A DNA stretch of 64,000 nucleotides from Epiperipatus broadwayi. Taxonomy: Eukaryota > Animalia > Onychophora. The notes under the pieces are model-generated. The model ran no database searches. It was given only the letters and a program-made list of their open reading frames with translations, and had not been told where the DNA came from. The stretch spans positions 7,254,001-7,318,000 of the forward strand of contig JAQFVV010000005.1 of the NCBI GenBank assembly GCA_028023455.1, given 5' to 3'. Positions 24,375 through 37,959 of this stretch are shown in pieces (the stretch's first letter is position 1; every line of letters begins with the position of its first letter). Made by a program: the position numbers and the translations under genes.

Positions 24375-26763
24375 ATGTGGCAGGTTTTGTATGATAATTT
24401 TTCTTGTGTAGAAATTTTAGAAATAAAAAAGTTGATTAATATGTCTAATAGAATTGAATCTTTAAAGGCTCAGGTCAATTTTCTTAAGTCTTGTAGGTTT
24501 TGCAATGTGTTTCCTAATTCATGTAATATTAAATTGGATAGGAAATTGGTTTTATTTTCTAATTGCGATTTTATTCTAAATTTTAAAAGATTTATTCTTA
24601 AACAATTTATTATGCAGATTATGAGTAGTTTATCTAATTTAATTGATAGTTATAAAATGTTTAGAAGAAAGTTGGATTTTAGAAGGAATTTTAATTATTC
24701 TGTTTTAAATTCTTTTTTAAAGTGGTTTAGGAGTAAGTGTGAAATCACTTATAATAATAAGTATTTCAAGAAATTTAAATGGTTGATTGGAAAGGCTGAA
24801 AATAAAAGTTGTGTGAAAGGAAAAGAGTTTAGATTTGGGTCTTATAAAAATAGGCCTGATGCTTCATCTGTTTTAAATTTGTCAAATTATGTTTTGAATG
24901 TATCTGATTTGGCTATTTTACTAAGGGTCCTGGCTTTGTTCTATTTGCTAATAAAAATTTAGTTTTTAATTTTGTTTCTGCCAATGAAAGTAATAGGAAT
25001 ATTTCTGATGAAAATAAAATGTCTTTACAGGTTATTTTGAATAGTCAATTACTTAAAAAAGAAAAATTTGTTTTTGCCCCTAAGGAAATTAGTTTTGTTA
25101 AAAAAAGATTGAAAGCCAATGATGTAGTATTGTTAAAAGAAGATAAAGGTGGCCGGTTTGTATTGTTAAATAATATTGATTTTAAAAGTAAAGTTTCTTT
25201 AGAATTAAATAATGGAAAATATGCTATTTTAGATTCTGATCCTGGTAAAAAAATAAAATCTAAATTAAGATTATGAAAGTTATGGAAAATAAAAAGATTT
25301 TTGATAGAGCTACTTATTTAAATTGTTACCCTAGTGATTTTGTGGCTCCAAAGGTTTTCTTTAATTTGAAGTCTCATAAAGATAATTTTCCTTTGAGATG
25401 TATTTTTGATTTTACAGGAGGAATTGTTGATAAAATATCAAAATTTATTATAAGATATTTTAAGGATTATATAAAATTGGGTCAATTTTGTGTTTCTTCT
25501 TCTTTTGAGGCTTTTAAGAAAATAAATGGTTTTGTTTTGGATGATGATTGTGTTTTTGGTAGTTTAGACATTGAAAATATGTATCAATCGGTTAATAGAT
25601 TAAAAAGTATTGATGTTTTTCTTTCAATTTTAAAAAAATTAGAATGTTTTTCTGCAGATAAGATTAAGGTTTTTCATGATTTGCTTTTGCTGTTAGAGGA
25701 TTCAATGTATTTTATGTCTAATGATGTGTTTTATAAGATTAGAGAAGGTTGGGTTATTGGTTATGTCATTTCTCCATTGATGTGTGCTGTCTATATTGAT
25801 TATTTGGAGTGTAGTATTATTAATATGTTTTCATGTTCTATTAAATTATTTGTTAGGTATGTTGATGATTGTTTGTTTGTTATTCAGAAAGAGAAATTAG
25901 AAGAGTTTTTATGTGCATTGAATGGTTTTGATTCTAGTATTAAGTTTACAATTGAGGGGGGTGGTTTTGATTTTGTAAAATTAAAGTTTTTAGATTTAAA
26001 TGTTGAGAAGGTTAATGATGTTTTGTTTTGTAGTCATTTTATAAAACCTAAAAATTTGAGAAATATGATTAGGCCTGATAGTTATCAGCCTTTTATACAT
26101 AAAAAAATGTCTTTGTTGAATTTTTGTTGTCGGAATAGAAGGCTTAATAATTTTAATAATGATGCTGATATTCAAAGAAGTCAATTTGCTGCTGAATATG
26201 TAGAATTGGGTTATAATCATGATTTTATTAAAAAAGTGGTATTTAATAATAATGTTTATAGTCGTGATTTGGATGATAAGAATTTTGTTGGTAAGGATGA
26301 TGATTATATGTCTTTACCATTTAAAGCATCAATTTATAATTTGGTTTATAGGAATAGTCATTTGTTAGGTGGAATGAAGGTTGCATGGAGGAAAGGTTCT
26401 GATTTGAATTCATTACTTAATGGTTCAAAGCAGTCTATTGATAGTAGGTCTATTCCTGGTATTGTTTATAAAATTCCATGTAGTTGTGGTAAATTTTATG
26501 TAGGTCAGAGTAAATTTAGCCTTAATGAAAGGGTTAAGGTTCATATAAGTAGGGTTAAACATAGGTATCTTAACTCAGCTTTATATATTCATGAATTGAA
26601 TACAGGTCATAGAATATTGTTTAACAATGCTTCGGTTATTTTTTATGAAAAGAATGAGTTAAAAAGAAGAATAAAGGAGACTTTGATGATAAAACTCCTT
26701 GATTCTGAGGCTATCAATCTTATGAAGACTTCTTTTGATATTAAGGGAAGGTGGAATTTGTAG
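24375..26763 (+). pseudogene. Penelope polyprotein (N-terminal domain, reverse transcriptase, GIY-YIG), about 795 aa, broken by two frameshifts (~24920 and ~25270)
   Basis: KEDKGG, FGSLDIENMY, GWVIGYVISP, FVRYVDDCL, IKFTIE, FLDL and GIVYKIPCSCGKFYVGQS motifs. The three ORFs join with single-base shifts. Confidence 0.9.
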
Positions 26764-27295
26764 TGAATTATGGGAAGGTTTGTTTGTATATATATATATA
26801 TATGTTTTCCTTTAGATTGATTTTCACTTGAGAAGGTCTATTTGTAGTAGATGAAACCATGCTTGTGTAAGGATTTTGGTAAAAAAAATTTAAAATTTAA
26901 TCTAGTATTGTATTGTTTTATGGTTTTGCATATATATATATATTGTAACATAATTAATGTATCATCAAAAAAAAATATTATTGTAACATAATAAAATGAG
27001 TTCAAATATTATAGATTTCTCAAGATCCAAATATCAATATATAAGAAATAATCATAAATTCAAAATTTAAATGATGATCAAAAGATATTATTATATCTGA
27101 GTAAAGGTTCAAAATATAACACTATCAAGAATTATAGGCGAATTATTAGCAAATTATTATAGCAATGTATTATATGAAATCACGTGAAGTGAGTACACTA
27201 GTAATTCAATAAAATATAACTCAGGTATACAGGCAGTAGGTTTTATCCACTTTCATTTCTTGGTTTGATGTTAAGTGCATGTTTAAACAAATACT

Positions 27296-27395
27296 AAGTG
27301 AATATGGTCTAGCAGGGCGCCACTAGATTATCTGAATCTAGACACGGTTATATCTGATAACCTTTCACATGTACCGGGTTTGAATCCCTTTTTGG
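27296..27395 (+). repeat. Possible tRNA-derived SINE remnant
   Basis: TGGTCTAGCAGG A-box-like and CCGGGTTTGAATCCC B-box-like motifs. Confidence 0.4.
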
Positions 27396-28699
27396 TACTT
27401 TATTTCTAATAAAAATGAGAGATTTTGCTTTTTGAGCCATATCACTATAAGCACTAATAGTTAGGTAAAAGTAAAACATCTTTAAACCACAGTGGAGTTC
27501 ATTGAGACATAAATCATTTCTCAGATCTTAACATAACAAATGTGTTTCAATATTTTTATAAGTTCACTAGCTCAGATTATATATAACTAATTTAGGATGG
27601 CAATTCACTCATCCTTGCATGAAATAGATGATGGGATGTGGTTATAATAATACTAAGAGATCACTAAATATTATAAAATCAATATTTATTTATGGCCTTT
27701 AAACAGTTAAACAGCTCATTAATTAAAACGTTGATGACGATGATGATGATGATAATAATAACAATAATGACAAGGGTTTCAACTACAGCTCTAGGACTAA
27801 GCCTAAACATAAAACTAATTTTTATAAAGAAATTCATAATTATTGCTTAATTTTAGCATATTTACTTATATCTTAAATAACTAATATTCAACCATTGATG
27901 ATGATGAATAATCACACTTAACCAAGACTACACTTAATGAAATATATACGCCTCGTTTAATAAAACAAACTAATATTTATTACTACATTTCTAACATATA
28001 CATAAAAATTTCTAGATAAATATGAAAATTGACATGAATAATAATAATAATAATTGATTATATAACAATCCTCAGATTAATTTTAAGTTCTTCCCCCTTT
28101 CCCTTCAAATGTATTTTGTATTAAGTTGGACGTCACATTGACCATGATTTTCACTCCATGAGAAAAGTATTTCAAGAAAAAAAAAAATATATTATCTGCT
28201 CATTAGCACACATACTTTAAAAATCCAACATGTAAATAGAATAAAAAAAAAATGTTAGTAGAATTGAAAGAGCAAGTTTTAGAAACAAGTTTTAAATTAT
28301 TTTCTCCCCCCTCTCTTCTACCTCTGAAATGCTATACTTAATGAAACAAACTAATCTAATATTCTAACCTACTTGTTACTCCACATTCAATCGCAATTAT
28401 ACACATATAAAATATCATTATGTATGTGCGTGTTTTATCCCATGATAACAAAATATTATTTAAAACCAAAATAATAATAATATATTAGTTAAAACTAAAA
28501 TCATAATACCATAAAAAAAAATTGTTTTACACATTAATATTTCATAACTGTAAAATTAATAAACAAATAATTTTCATACATTCAAGATCATTTATGAAGC
28601 TCAAAGTTATTATTAGTAAGACATTCTTGTTTTTAATCGATCTGAATAGTCTTTAAAAGTTCTTTAAATAAAATATACCACTTTATTGCTAAAATGTTT

Positions 28700-29400
28700 A
28701 TTAAGACTGATATCATAAAGAAAATAGATATAAAAAGTCATATTACCGATCTTTTGTTTGTGGCGAATTTCCAAGGGTTCAAACTTGTCTTGTATAATGT
28801 TTATATTTCTGCAGCTACTATTTCCGTTTTATGTGGGAACAATCTCTTTCTTGAGGTGTATAACTATTTAATGATGATGACTCTATTGAGGTTATTTGCT
28901 TTAGTGGACAATTTGGAAATCATTATATTAAATTTTCTTCTCTTCCTGTCAAGCATGTGGATGAAATACAGCAGTTGTTTTCCCATTTGTAAATTTTCTT
29001 GAGTTTAAAATCAGTTGTTGTAACAATTAATTGGACTTGATGATTAATATTTATCAGTAGATTAATTCATCTTCTTTGAATGCAGGTGAATGCTTTCTTC
29101 CTTCTATTAAAAACATCTTATTTCTCTGGTCAGTTGAAAGGTGTAGAATATTATTTTAGACACATCTTTTCTTTCCTATGTGATGTGCAGCTTCCCCAGA
29201 TGGTCCGGAACCGATGGGACATACATATAATTTTTCTAGCAAGCCATTTCTTATATTTTCAGCATTCAAATTTGATAGTTTAATAATCTGAATCAATCAC
29301 AACAATAATCTTAATAATAATTCAAGACAGCTTTTTATATCCAATTTTTAGCTAACTTAACCAATCAGAGATAGCATCACTTGCTATTTTTGGACAAATT
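28700..29400 (-). mobile_element. Decayed APE-type LINE ORF2 remnant
   Basis: Broken frames: VIDSDY*TIKFE (SDH motif position), PFN*PEK*DVFNRRKKAF, and FNIMISKL...RLFPH. Confidence 0.4.
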
Positions 29401-30329
29401 TGTTTTAATTAGATCTCTAATTTATTTTCAACTATATTATTTTTCAACTGAAAAGTTTAATCCTTTTTCCAGACACTTTTGTTTAAAAAAAAAAATAGAC
29501 TCAATTCTTATTTCCTTTCTTTTGTTTTTTTTTCTTTTTAACATCCAGGTAACACTTCAAATCTTTGAGCTTCCTTCTTTAGATCTTGATAAGACAATTT
29601 CAAAAATTATAGTTCTGACCCATTATAAGCTTCCAAAGTGAAACAATCATTTACAAAAAAAATTGCTACAAAGATCGATATCTGATTAAACAGATTTCCT
29701 CTTTTAACAAAAAAAAATTGTACAAAAAAAAATAATTTAACAGATTTAATACTTCCTTTTCTTTCAATATTTAGGAAATGTAAAATTTTGTATGTAATGT
29801 ACACACATCCTTCATTCTTTCAAATCATTCATAAACTAACCTTAAATACTATAATTGCTAGCTTAGTAATTATAACCCAATTATTTAATTAAATCTGTAA
29901 CTTTTAAATCCCAATTATAATTAAAGAAAAGCAAAATAAAAGTATAGAATAAAATATTAGAATTGATCAAGCATAGGTTAGTTTTAAAGAAAGTTAAAAT
30001 GTTTAATATTTGAAATATAAAACAATTAAATAATTTACACATACATTGCCTATATGTATGCATTATAACTTTGCTTTTTAAAGAAAAATTAAATATTAAA
30101 TAGTTTAAATGTGTGTATTACCTTTCTATCAACACACAAACAAGTAAAGCATGTAATTGTTGACCCATTCTTTCTCTGTTTAAAGCTTTTAGAACTGGAC
30201 CTTGTAGGGTTTAAACTTGGATGCCCTACAACTTCATTTATGATTATAAAAAAATGTGATGATGATTTTTGGTTTACCTTTTCTACATGCACATTACTAT
30301 AAATTTATCTAGTGACTAAATTGTAATGG

Positions 30330-30780
30330 CACAATATATAATGCTATGCATTTATATTTACAAATATATTTATAGTTTCAGGTCATAAAATTGATTTTTC
30401 TAGTACCAGGATCATTTCCAGATGTGATAATCTATACCAGTGCAAAATTAGAGAAGCCATTGAGATACTTAAAAGGCCAAATTGTATCAGTAAGCGAGAT
30501 GATACATGCAAACTTCCTCCTATTTGGAAATATTTTTTTAAAAAACATTCTTCATTCAACATTTTTGCTATTGGTGGAACTTTAATATTTTTTTCAAATC
30601 AGTGATTGTAGTGCCTCTACAACCGTCTTTCTACCTTTTATCACCCAGTGGATGACTTGTGTGCTCAAGTCGAAATGTCGGTATATTAATATTTAAATTT
30701 TTTTAACACAGATGAACCTGCAAAATATGTCTTTTATATATGCAACCCATGAAAATCTTCGTATCAACATATATATATAC
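30330..30780 (+). mobile_element. Penelope 3' remnant with pLTR related to family B; possible 10-bp TSD
   Basis: SGHKIDFSSTRIISRCDNLYQCKIREAIEILKRPNCISKRDDTCKLPPIW is a GIY-YIG C-terminus. The tail is homologous to 23391-23490. ATTGTAATGG occurs at 30320-30329 and 30781-30790. Confidence 0.8.
30643..30682 (+). ncRNA. Hammerhead-like motif with core CAGUGGA
   Basis: ACC-CAGUGGA-U-GACUUG(UGUGCU)CAAGUC-GAAA-UG-UC-GGU. Stem I covaries with the 23351 copy (ACC/GGU vs ACU/AGU). Confidence 0.6.
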
Positions 30781-31149
30781 ATTGTAATGGTATACATATG
30801 CCGTTACATTATGTTAAAATTAAAATAAAAGGGAAAATAAAATCTTAAGTAAAAAAGATTTTATTAAAAACTAAAAACCAAAGTTAAAAGTTTTTTTAAC
30901 ATAGATATATATTGCACAGATGGGAAACTTTAAAACTATTTTTTTAAAATAAAAAAAAGAAAAGGATTTAAAATTACTTTTTTGGAAAAAAAAAATATAA
31001 GAAAAGATAGATAAATATTTTTGAAAGAAAAAGTTGTATAAAAGAAAATAGAAATAAATGTTAATTAATTTCTATTCAAAAGTCATATTTGAATCTTAAA
31101 ATGGAAATGATGGTTTTATTAATTAAATCTTAAGCAGACAAGCCCTTGG

Positions 31150-31650
31150 GAACTGTATAATAGAAAAGTCAGATAAGAAAAAAAAATTAGATTGACCAAT
31201 GCAAGCATGAAGCCACAGCACAGACTGAAAATGGAACATTAGAATCATTATGTTAGATCGATCTGGAGGATTGGAAATACTGGCCAGTTAAAACATCTTA
31301 AAGCTAGCTAAATTGCAGACTCCGTGATGTACAGGTCACACAATAGATTTTGTTTTCTTTATCTGTGCTGGCTGAGACAAACTCCCGATAGAATGAATGG
31401 CTTGCAGCAGTTACATCTCCAAGAAACTTTGGCAAATAATATAATCAGCGAGGGAATTCATAAAACGAACGAAGTCTAAGGAATCACCAGGATCAAATGG
31501 AAAGTATAGACTTTTATAAATATGAACTTTTATATCTCCCAAACAAGTTTTTTTTAATGTGCCTACTAAACACAATTTTTAAATGAACTCTTAATCTGAC
31601 TATCTAAAGAACTTTTTCAAATACGTAAACCTCCAAGAAATTTTCTTATC
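31150..31650 (+). mobile_element. Possible decayed LINE ORF2 fragment
   Basis: KRTKSKESPGSNG followed by a frameshifted DFYK resembles the KSPGPDG..EFYK motif that precedes the RT. Confidence 0.3.
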
Positions 31651-34202
31651 TGACTGAACGTAAATTCAAACTAGTCATTTTTTTATATATAATGTTTTCT
31701 AATCACTTCTATTTTTGCATTTCAGTTATAATTTATTTCATGCTTCATTTAATAATTAAATTATTAGAAATGTATTAAATTTAAGTTGGGTGTAGATGGC
31801 TGCATAGATTCATTATGTTGTGTGAAGGATAGCTTACAATGCACACATTCCTAAAAAGATCAAGCATATTTATTGAACCCAATCATTTGGAATTTATAGT
31901 AATAGTGGGAAGATTATTATTTGTTATTATTATTACGTATATAGATATGATACACAATAAATTATTATATTTATAAAATAAAATACGATCAGTATTTTAC
32001 AAAGTACTATTGTATATATATAAAACTATTTGATTAAATAAACTGTAATGTTTTTTTTTTTAATTTAAAATTGAATATTAATTAATATATATATATAATG
32101 TGGGATGACTTGAGGTTAATTAGGTAGGTACATATGTGTGATAATAAAACTGATTTTATTATTTTAATATTTTTTTTTATTTATAATAAATCTAAATGTA
32201 TTTAAACAATAGGCAGTTAAAGATATCGGCGTTCCTGAAAATCTACGCATGTGAAATGTATAAAAACAAAAGACAGTTTACAAATCATTCTTCTTATTGT
32301 TATAATAACTGTAACAAAAGACAGCAATTAAAACTAAAAATTTCGAACGCTAAAATGGAATTTTATTTTTTCTTTTAGTTAAATTATAAACATTTTAAAA
32401 ATTAAATACTGTACTAAAAGTTTATCAAATTCAAGGGACAGAAAGTGAAAAGAAGTAAGAATAACTGATTAATTCTTAAATAATTAAATCGTGTTTAAAA
32501 AGTTGTTGGAGTAAATTAGAATTTTTTTTAAAAAATCTTTTCAAAAACAATAACGAGAATTAAATTTGCTAAAAATTGGAGAAGAAAGAAAAATGAAATA
32601 ATTTTCTTAATATATATATAAGCGCTTCAATATTATTAATAAAAAAAATATGATTATAAATAATTATTAAAATGTACTTTAATATGAACATGGGCTAGAG
32701 CAAAACATGCTATTGTGTGTCATGGTATTTTCCTGCCAGCTGCATTATATCTATATATATATTTCTACTTTATTGTAAACACACAAGAAGATGCCTTCAG
32801 TCCAAAGTAAACAAGAATTGGAATATATTATGGTGAATCAAATGAGGATCAAGATGTTTGCCATTAAACACATCTACAGGAGACACCATTATACCTATCT
32901 ATCCTTGCTAAGAAGAATGATTTACTAAGTGAAACTGCTTTGAAGAACAACTTGCCTAACTATCAGCTACTACTGCTTTTATTATGATGATTGTTATAAA
33001 CTTTATTCCAATTACAATTTTTTTTTATCAAAGAATCAATATTGTAAATTTTTGTTTATTTATTTATTTATTTTTATTTATATTATCTGTTGTATTTTCA
33101 CACTCTGATGCTGAAGCCATATCTTTCAGAATTAGCAAAGAAGAAAGGGGGGGGATTATTCATTTTGATATTTTTTTATATTTTCATTATAAATAAAATT
33201 TAGGTATAGCCACCTGCTTCACATCAGGTCATCCACATAAATATTGAGGTAAGATTCTTTAAATTTATATATAGGTTAAATTACAACACATACAGAATAC
33301 ATATTATATGTTTTATTTTGTGATTAACTGTGTATGTAGATTTTCTAGTATGTTTGACTAATCAACTGGGATCTGTCTCTATCATATATATAAATTGGGG
33401 AAATTAGTTCAATAAATTAACATTTGTAAATATATAATTTAGCTAGCCAGCATCTCAATTATATTAAATAACTAAAGTTGATTTTTCTATATAATTATGA
33501 TTTGTAGAGAATGAGTGACATATGTGGATTTCTACCATGGGGTATAAGGGTTGGATCTAGAGGATAATTAATTAGTAAGATGGTAGAGGTTCATTTGTGA
33601 CACATGTACATATGATGATTGTTATATATATATATCATTACTATTGTCGTTATACTAGATATTTATTATTGTTAATAAATGTTTGAGAGTTTATATTATT
33701 CCGGTCTCTGGTTTGTTGAGTTGTCCTGACATTCCACAGTTTATAAATAATTATACATGCACACTATTATATAAAAGCTTGAAAATAAAACAAATATAAT
33801 AAATGCTAGTTGTAACCTATATATAGGTGCAGGAGTTGCTGTGTATATTTGTTCATACCTGCTAAAGGAGTTAAAAGCAATATTCTCTCTGGGCTTGAAT
33901 ATTAGGAAATAACGGAATTAAAAAGGGGAAAGTGGATGAACTAAACAAATTGCATTTAATATTATTAAGTAGGGATAGAGTTAGTCAATTAGAGGGTATG
34001 CAATCATTGGTTAAGCATTTCATCAGGTTCTCATTAGCACTTTATCAAATGACCCGCAGTCTGAACATAGTTGGATGCAAATTTCTTCCCTTCTAAGCCT
34101 GGTAGGTATCTGCAGATTGTTTCATTAGGGGTAATAAATTAGAGCATATTAACTTATCCCCACACCATATTGATACATCTGCATAGTAGTACAGTCTGCA
34201 AG

Positions 34203-34380
34203 TTAGTTGACCATCCATTACATCTGGTGTTAGCAGTGTTTGGCATTAGTTGACCATCCATTACATCTGGTGTTAGCAGTGTTTGGCATTAGTTGTTATC
34301 ATTCCATCCGTTATATCTGGCGTCATCAGCTTTTGGGGCTAGTGGTCATCTTCCCATCTGTTATATCTGTCGACCAATGT
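34203..34380. repeat. 43-bp minisatellite (2 perfect plus 2 diverged units)
   Basis: TTAGTTGACCATCCATTACATCTGGTGTTAGCAGTGTTTGGCA x2, followed by degenerate copies. Confidence 0.8.
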
Positions 34381-35409
34381 GGATGCACGATGTGTAGGGG
34401 ACTTCACTCTGCTAACGATCAAATTAGTGACTGGTATGATAGGTATTAGGGGGTGTATGATGAGAAATGTCCGTTCCGTTATAGTTGATTATGTTTTAAT
34501 TTTTTTATACGTGAAAATATATGTATATATCAGTAAATATGACTCATGCTGAGTGTCTAAACATATTTACTGTTATATCTTTTAAGTTGTTGTTGTCAAT
34601 GCGCCACCTTATGATGAGTGCCATACTTTATTGTAAATTTCCCTCAGCAATTCCATCAATAACTTTATAATTAAAATTGTTTGTATTTATTTTAAAAGGG
34701 TTAAATTTCAGACTATTTGTCTTGTAGTTAAGTCGATGCTAGTAGAGAGATATATGGGTGTTTATATTAATGTAATGTGAAGTGTGTTAGCATACAGGGC
34801 AAAGCCCAACTGAATGCATGACCCAAAGAGTCATTGTGTTGCAATGTACACATGTATTTCCTGTGACATTGACTTCCTTTAGCTCTATGGATAGGGACTA
34901 TAAGTCGGCAGATAGACCACTCTCCTCCATACATAGCATTTCTCTTTAAATATTTTATATACATGATTCCTTCGCCAGACAGACACACATTCCTATTCTG
35001 GATGAGGATCTTGTCCTTTAAATAATATCATGCTGCAGACGCACATTCCTGTCAGCATGGTTTTATGTTACCATCTTCATATTGCATTGGTTGCGTCTGT
35101 ATATCAGGAACAAGCATTGGTTTGGCTGTGAACATTTAGCCTGAGATTAAATGTTGTTTAAATTTTAAAGTTTTTAATTGCGTAATCTATGTAGCCTATC
35201 TATACTCAACATTCTTAAGTAAAAATATTATTAAAATGTCCATCTGTGCATTAATAGTAAAGTCTAAATTTATTCCTCAATTTTAAATATTTATATATGT
35301 GCGTTAATAAATGTTTTTGTGTGTTATTACTGGCAGTGGTTTATTTTATTTTTTTAATATTAAAAATATATTTTTAAGAAGTTTTATTAAAAATCTCTAC
35401 ATCTCCTTG

Positions 35410-35590
35410 AGGTAGTGGCATAGGCTAATGGTCATAAAATATATATATATAATAAAATTAGATCTTAACAGTACATATCTGCTGACTATACAAATTTTCC
35501 AGGTTCAAATAGCCTGGTGGCACCCTGTATAGCAGATACGGTAAGACTCCACCCCGACTGTTATAATTGGCTGCCTAGCATGTGGCATAA
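35410..35590 (+). repeat. Possible tRNA-derived SINE with GC-richer core
   Basis: T-arm-like CCAGG-TTCAAAT-AG-CCTGG, a weak A-box-like upstream motif, and a GC-richer body. Confidence 0.35.
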
Positions 35591-37959
35591 TATTCATTAA
35601 CATGAATACCCTGATCCAAATGAAATAGTTTAGGAAATAGTGTGAATAGCATTCCACACAAACAGAATAATTATAGTAGAAATAAGTTATGACAAGATGT
35701 GACTGTCAGAAATAAATTTGGTCGTTAAGTAACTTTAAGATTTAAAAAAAGAAAAGGAAAGAGTTTAAAATTTTGAAGTGATTTAGTAACTTAAAGATAC
35801 AGCCAGACTCTAAATATTCCCTGACCATTATAACATATATATACATATTTACATATTATTTGAAACTGTTTAGAATTTGATTATATCAAATAGCTGTGCT
35901 AAATAATATTCTCTTAAAAATAGTTTGAATTCATATAAAAGTTTATAAGTATTCTTGATGGAATGGAAATAAATTAATTTTTACCTGGATATTCAGTTGA
36001 TTTTTGAAAACATATCTAAGCAATAGATTATTATGACCCAACAATAATTCTTAATCATTACTGATTGTAGTCTGCTACAGATTTCTGCATATATTATTCC
36101 ACATAAATTTTAAATGTTGTTTGAATAATTATATCTTTTTCTTATATTATTGTGATTTTTCACCAACATCTTAGCTTATTTGGAATAACATAAATGGGAA
36201 GCAATAGAAATTCACTTCAAGAATGTTGTGTCATAGTATTCTATTATCTCAATCTGCCTATTGAAGTTGATTCTGCTATAAATACTAAATCAAATAATTT
36301 ATTAAAAATTCTATCTTTTGCCAATGTACTAGCTACTTTGTACAATAATTTTTACTGTGTTTGAATAAGAATACTTATAAAAGATAGATCAACAAATTGA
36401 ACAATTTGTTCATTGAAGAATATTTTATTAGAAAACAAATTCTAATATCATTCAAATAGAAGAGTAAATAAATTACTCTATTAATAATATTTGTAGTTTC
36501 TAAATGAAATTATATTTTTTTTTTATTAATTAAAAAGCTTAAAAAATCATTCTAAATTGAAATTCTGAAACAGATAAACTTTTTCAGAAAACATTTTTTA
36601 ATTCAAACCAATATTAATTTGAGATTATATCTATAAAAAATGCCTTGTGACTAAACTCCACTTGTCATAGGATACATAATACTATTGTTTTTAACCAAAG
36701 GTAAATGTAATTGCTTATTCTTATTGAAATGCCTAAAAGTTATATGAATTTCATCTACATAATCTAAATGAAACTCCAATCAGTAATAAAATCATTTGAG
36801 GAAGATGTCAACATCATGTAAAAAGAATGTTTAGGAATAATTGTATGCCTAGATCATTTTTCAATGATTGATCTCCAAGAAATAAATAACTACTTCTAAA
36901 CATGGAAATGAACAGGACAGTAATATGAACTTTTTATTATATTACTTCATCTTCGTGAAGTGTCATTTAAAAAAAATTTCATTTTATTTCCTTTGTTACT
37001 AAAATCTTTTGCCTTTGGAATGATTCATTTATGAAAGACAAAATGAAAATGAATAGAATATCATGAACTTAAATATTTATTTTATATTTAATAAAATCTT
37101 CTATGAAAGTGACTTGACGGATTTAAACTAAGGTACAAAAGTAAACTTAATATGAAAGTAAGAGTTTATCATTCTTCATATTGAATTTATTTATGACATT
37201 GTTAGAACATTGTTATTACTAATTTAATCAACATGATGTTTATTTGTTATTAGTTGTGTAAATAATATATTCTACATAAAAGATTTTATATTTCTTAATG
37301 ATGACTTTACATAAGTATAGTTTCATGAAATTAGAATTCTCATATATGGATTATATAATACAATATTTTATTTATTTGTATATGTATTATATTGATATTA
37401 CTTAGTTTAGTATTTTTATAATTTCTTTTTGTAAATTATAAAAATTCATTTATTATACGTTATTAGAATTTGTTCGTGTTATAATATACATATCTAATAT
37501 GGAAATATGGTAAGATATTAACTATTTAAACTTATAAAATAGTAGAGATGTGAAACAAACCCTTATAATTATTTTTGTTATATTAAATAAATTTGAATTG
37601 TTATTCATCAATAAATATTATTAATGTTTATCTTAAATTTAAAGAAGTTTCTAATTTATTTATTCATTTTACGAAATCAAAATAAAGTCAAACACATACC
37701 CACACACATATATTATATTTATTTAATATCCTAATAACTGACTTAAAATAAATTTTAAAATATATTGACATTATATTGAGTATGGTTATTGCTGTAGAAT
37801 TGATGAAAACCTCTGAAGAGAATTAACTGCAACTTCTCCCTGAGTTTGAATTCTGAGTATAATGGAAGAATTAATAAAGGTGAAGGTTGAATTATTTATT
37901 TTAGATTTTATCTACATTTGATATTAAATTATTACTCTTGTAGTAGATTCAATTTTGAA

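Larger units (their letters stand above)
23321..26930 (+). mobile_element. Near full-length Penelope-like retrotransposon (family B) with inverted 5' copy of its 3' end, inserted in a TGCA(TA)n microsatellite
   Basis: The RT plus GIY-YIG frame spans 24375-26763. 23533-24306 is the reverse complement of 26155-26930. TGCA(TA)n lies on both flanks. Confidence 0.95.

Noticed and set aside
30089-30302. KFKPYKVQ mariner-like motif on the minus strand
   Set aside because: Only one short motif amid stops, with no TIR; insufficient support.
33203-33247. Strong-looking splice pair (tttag...GAG|gtaag)
   Set aside because: All three frames contain stops and there are no neighbouring exons.
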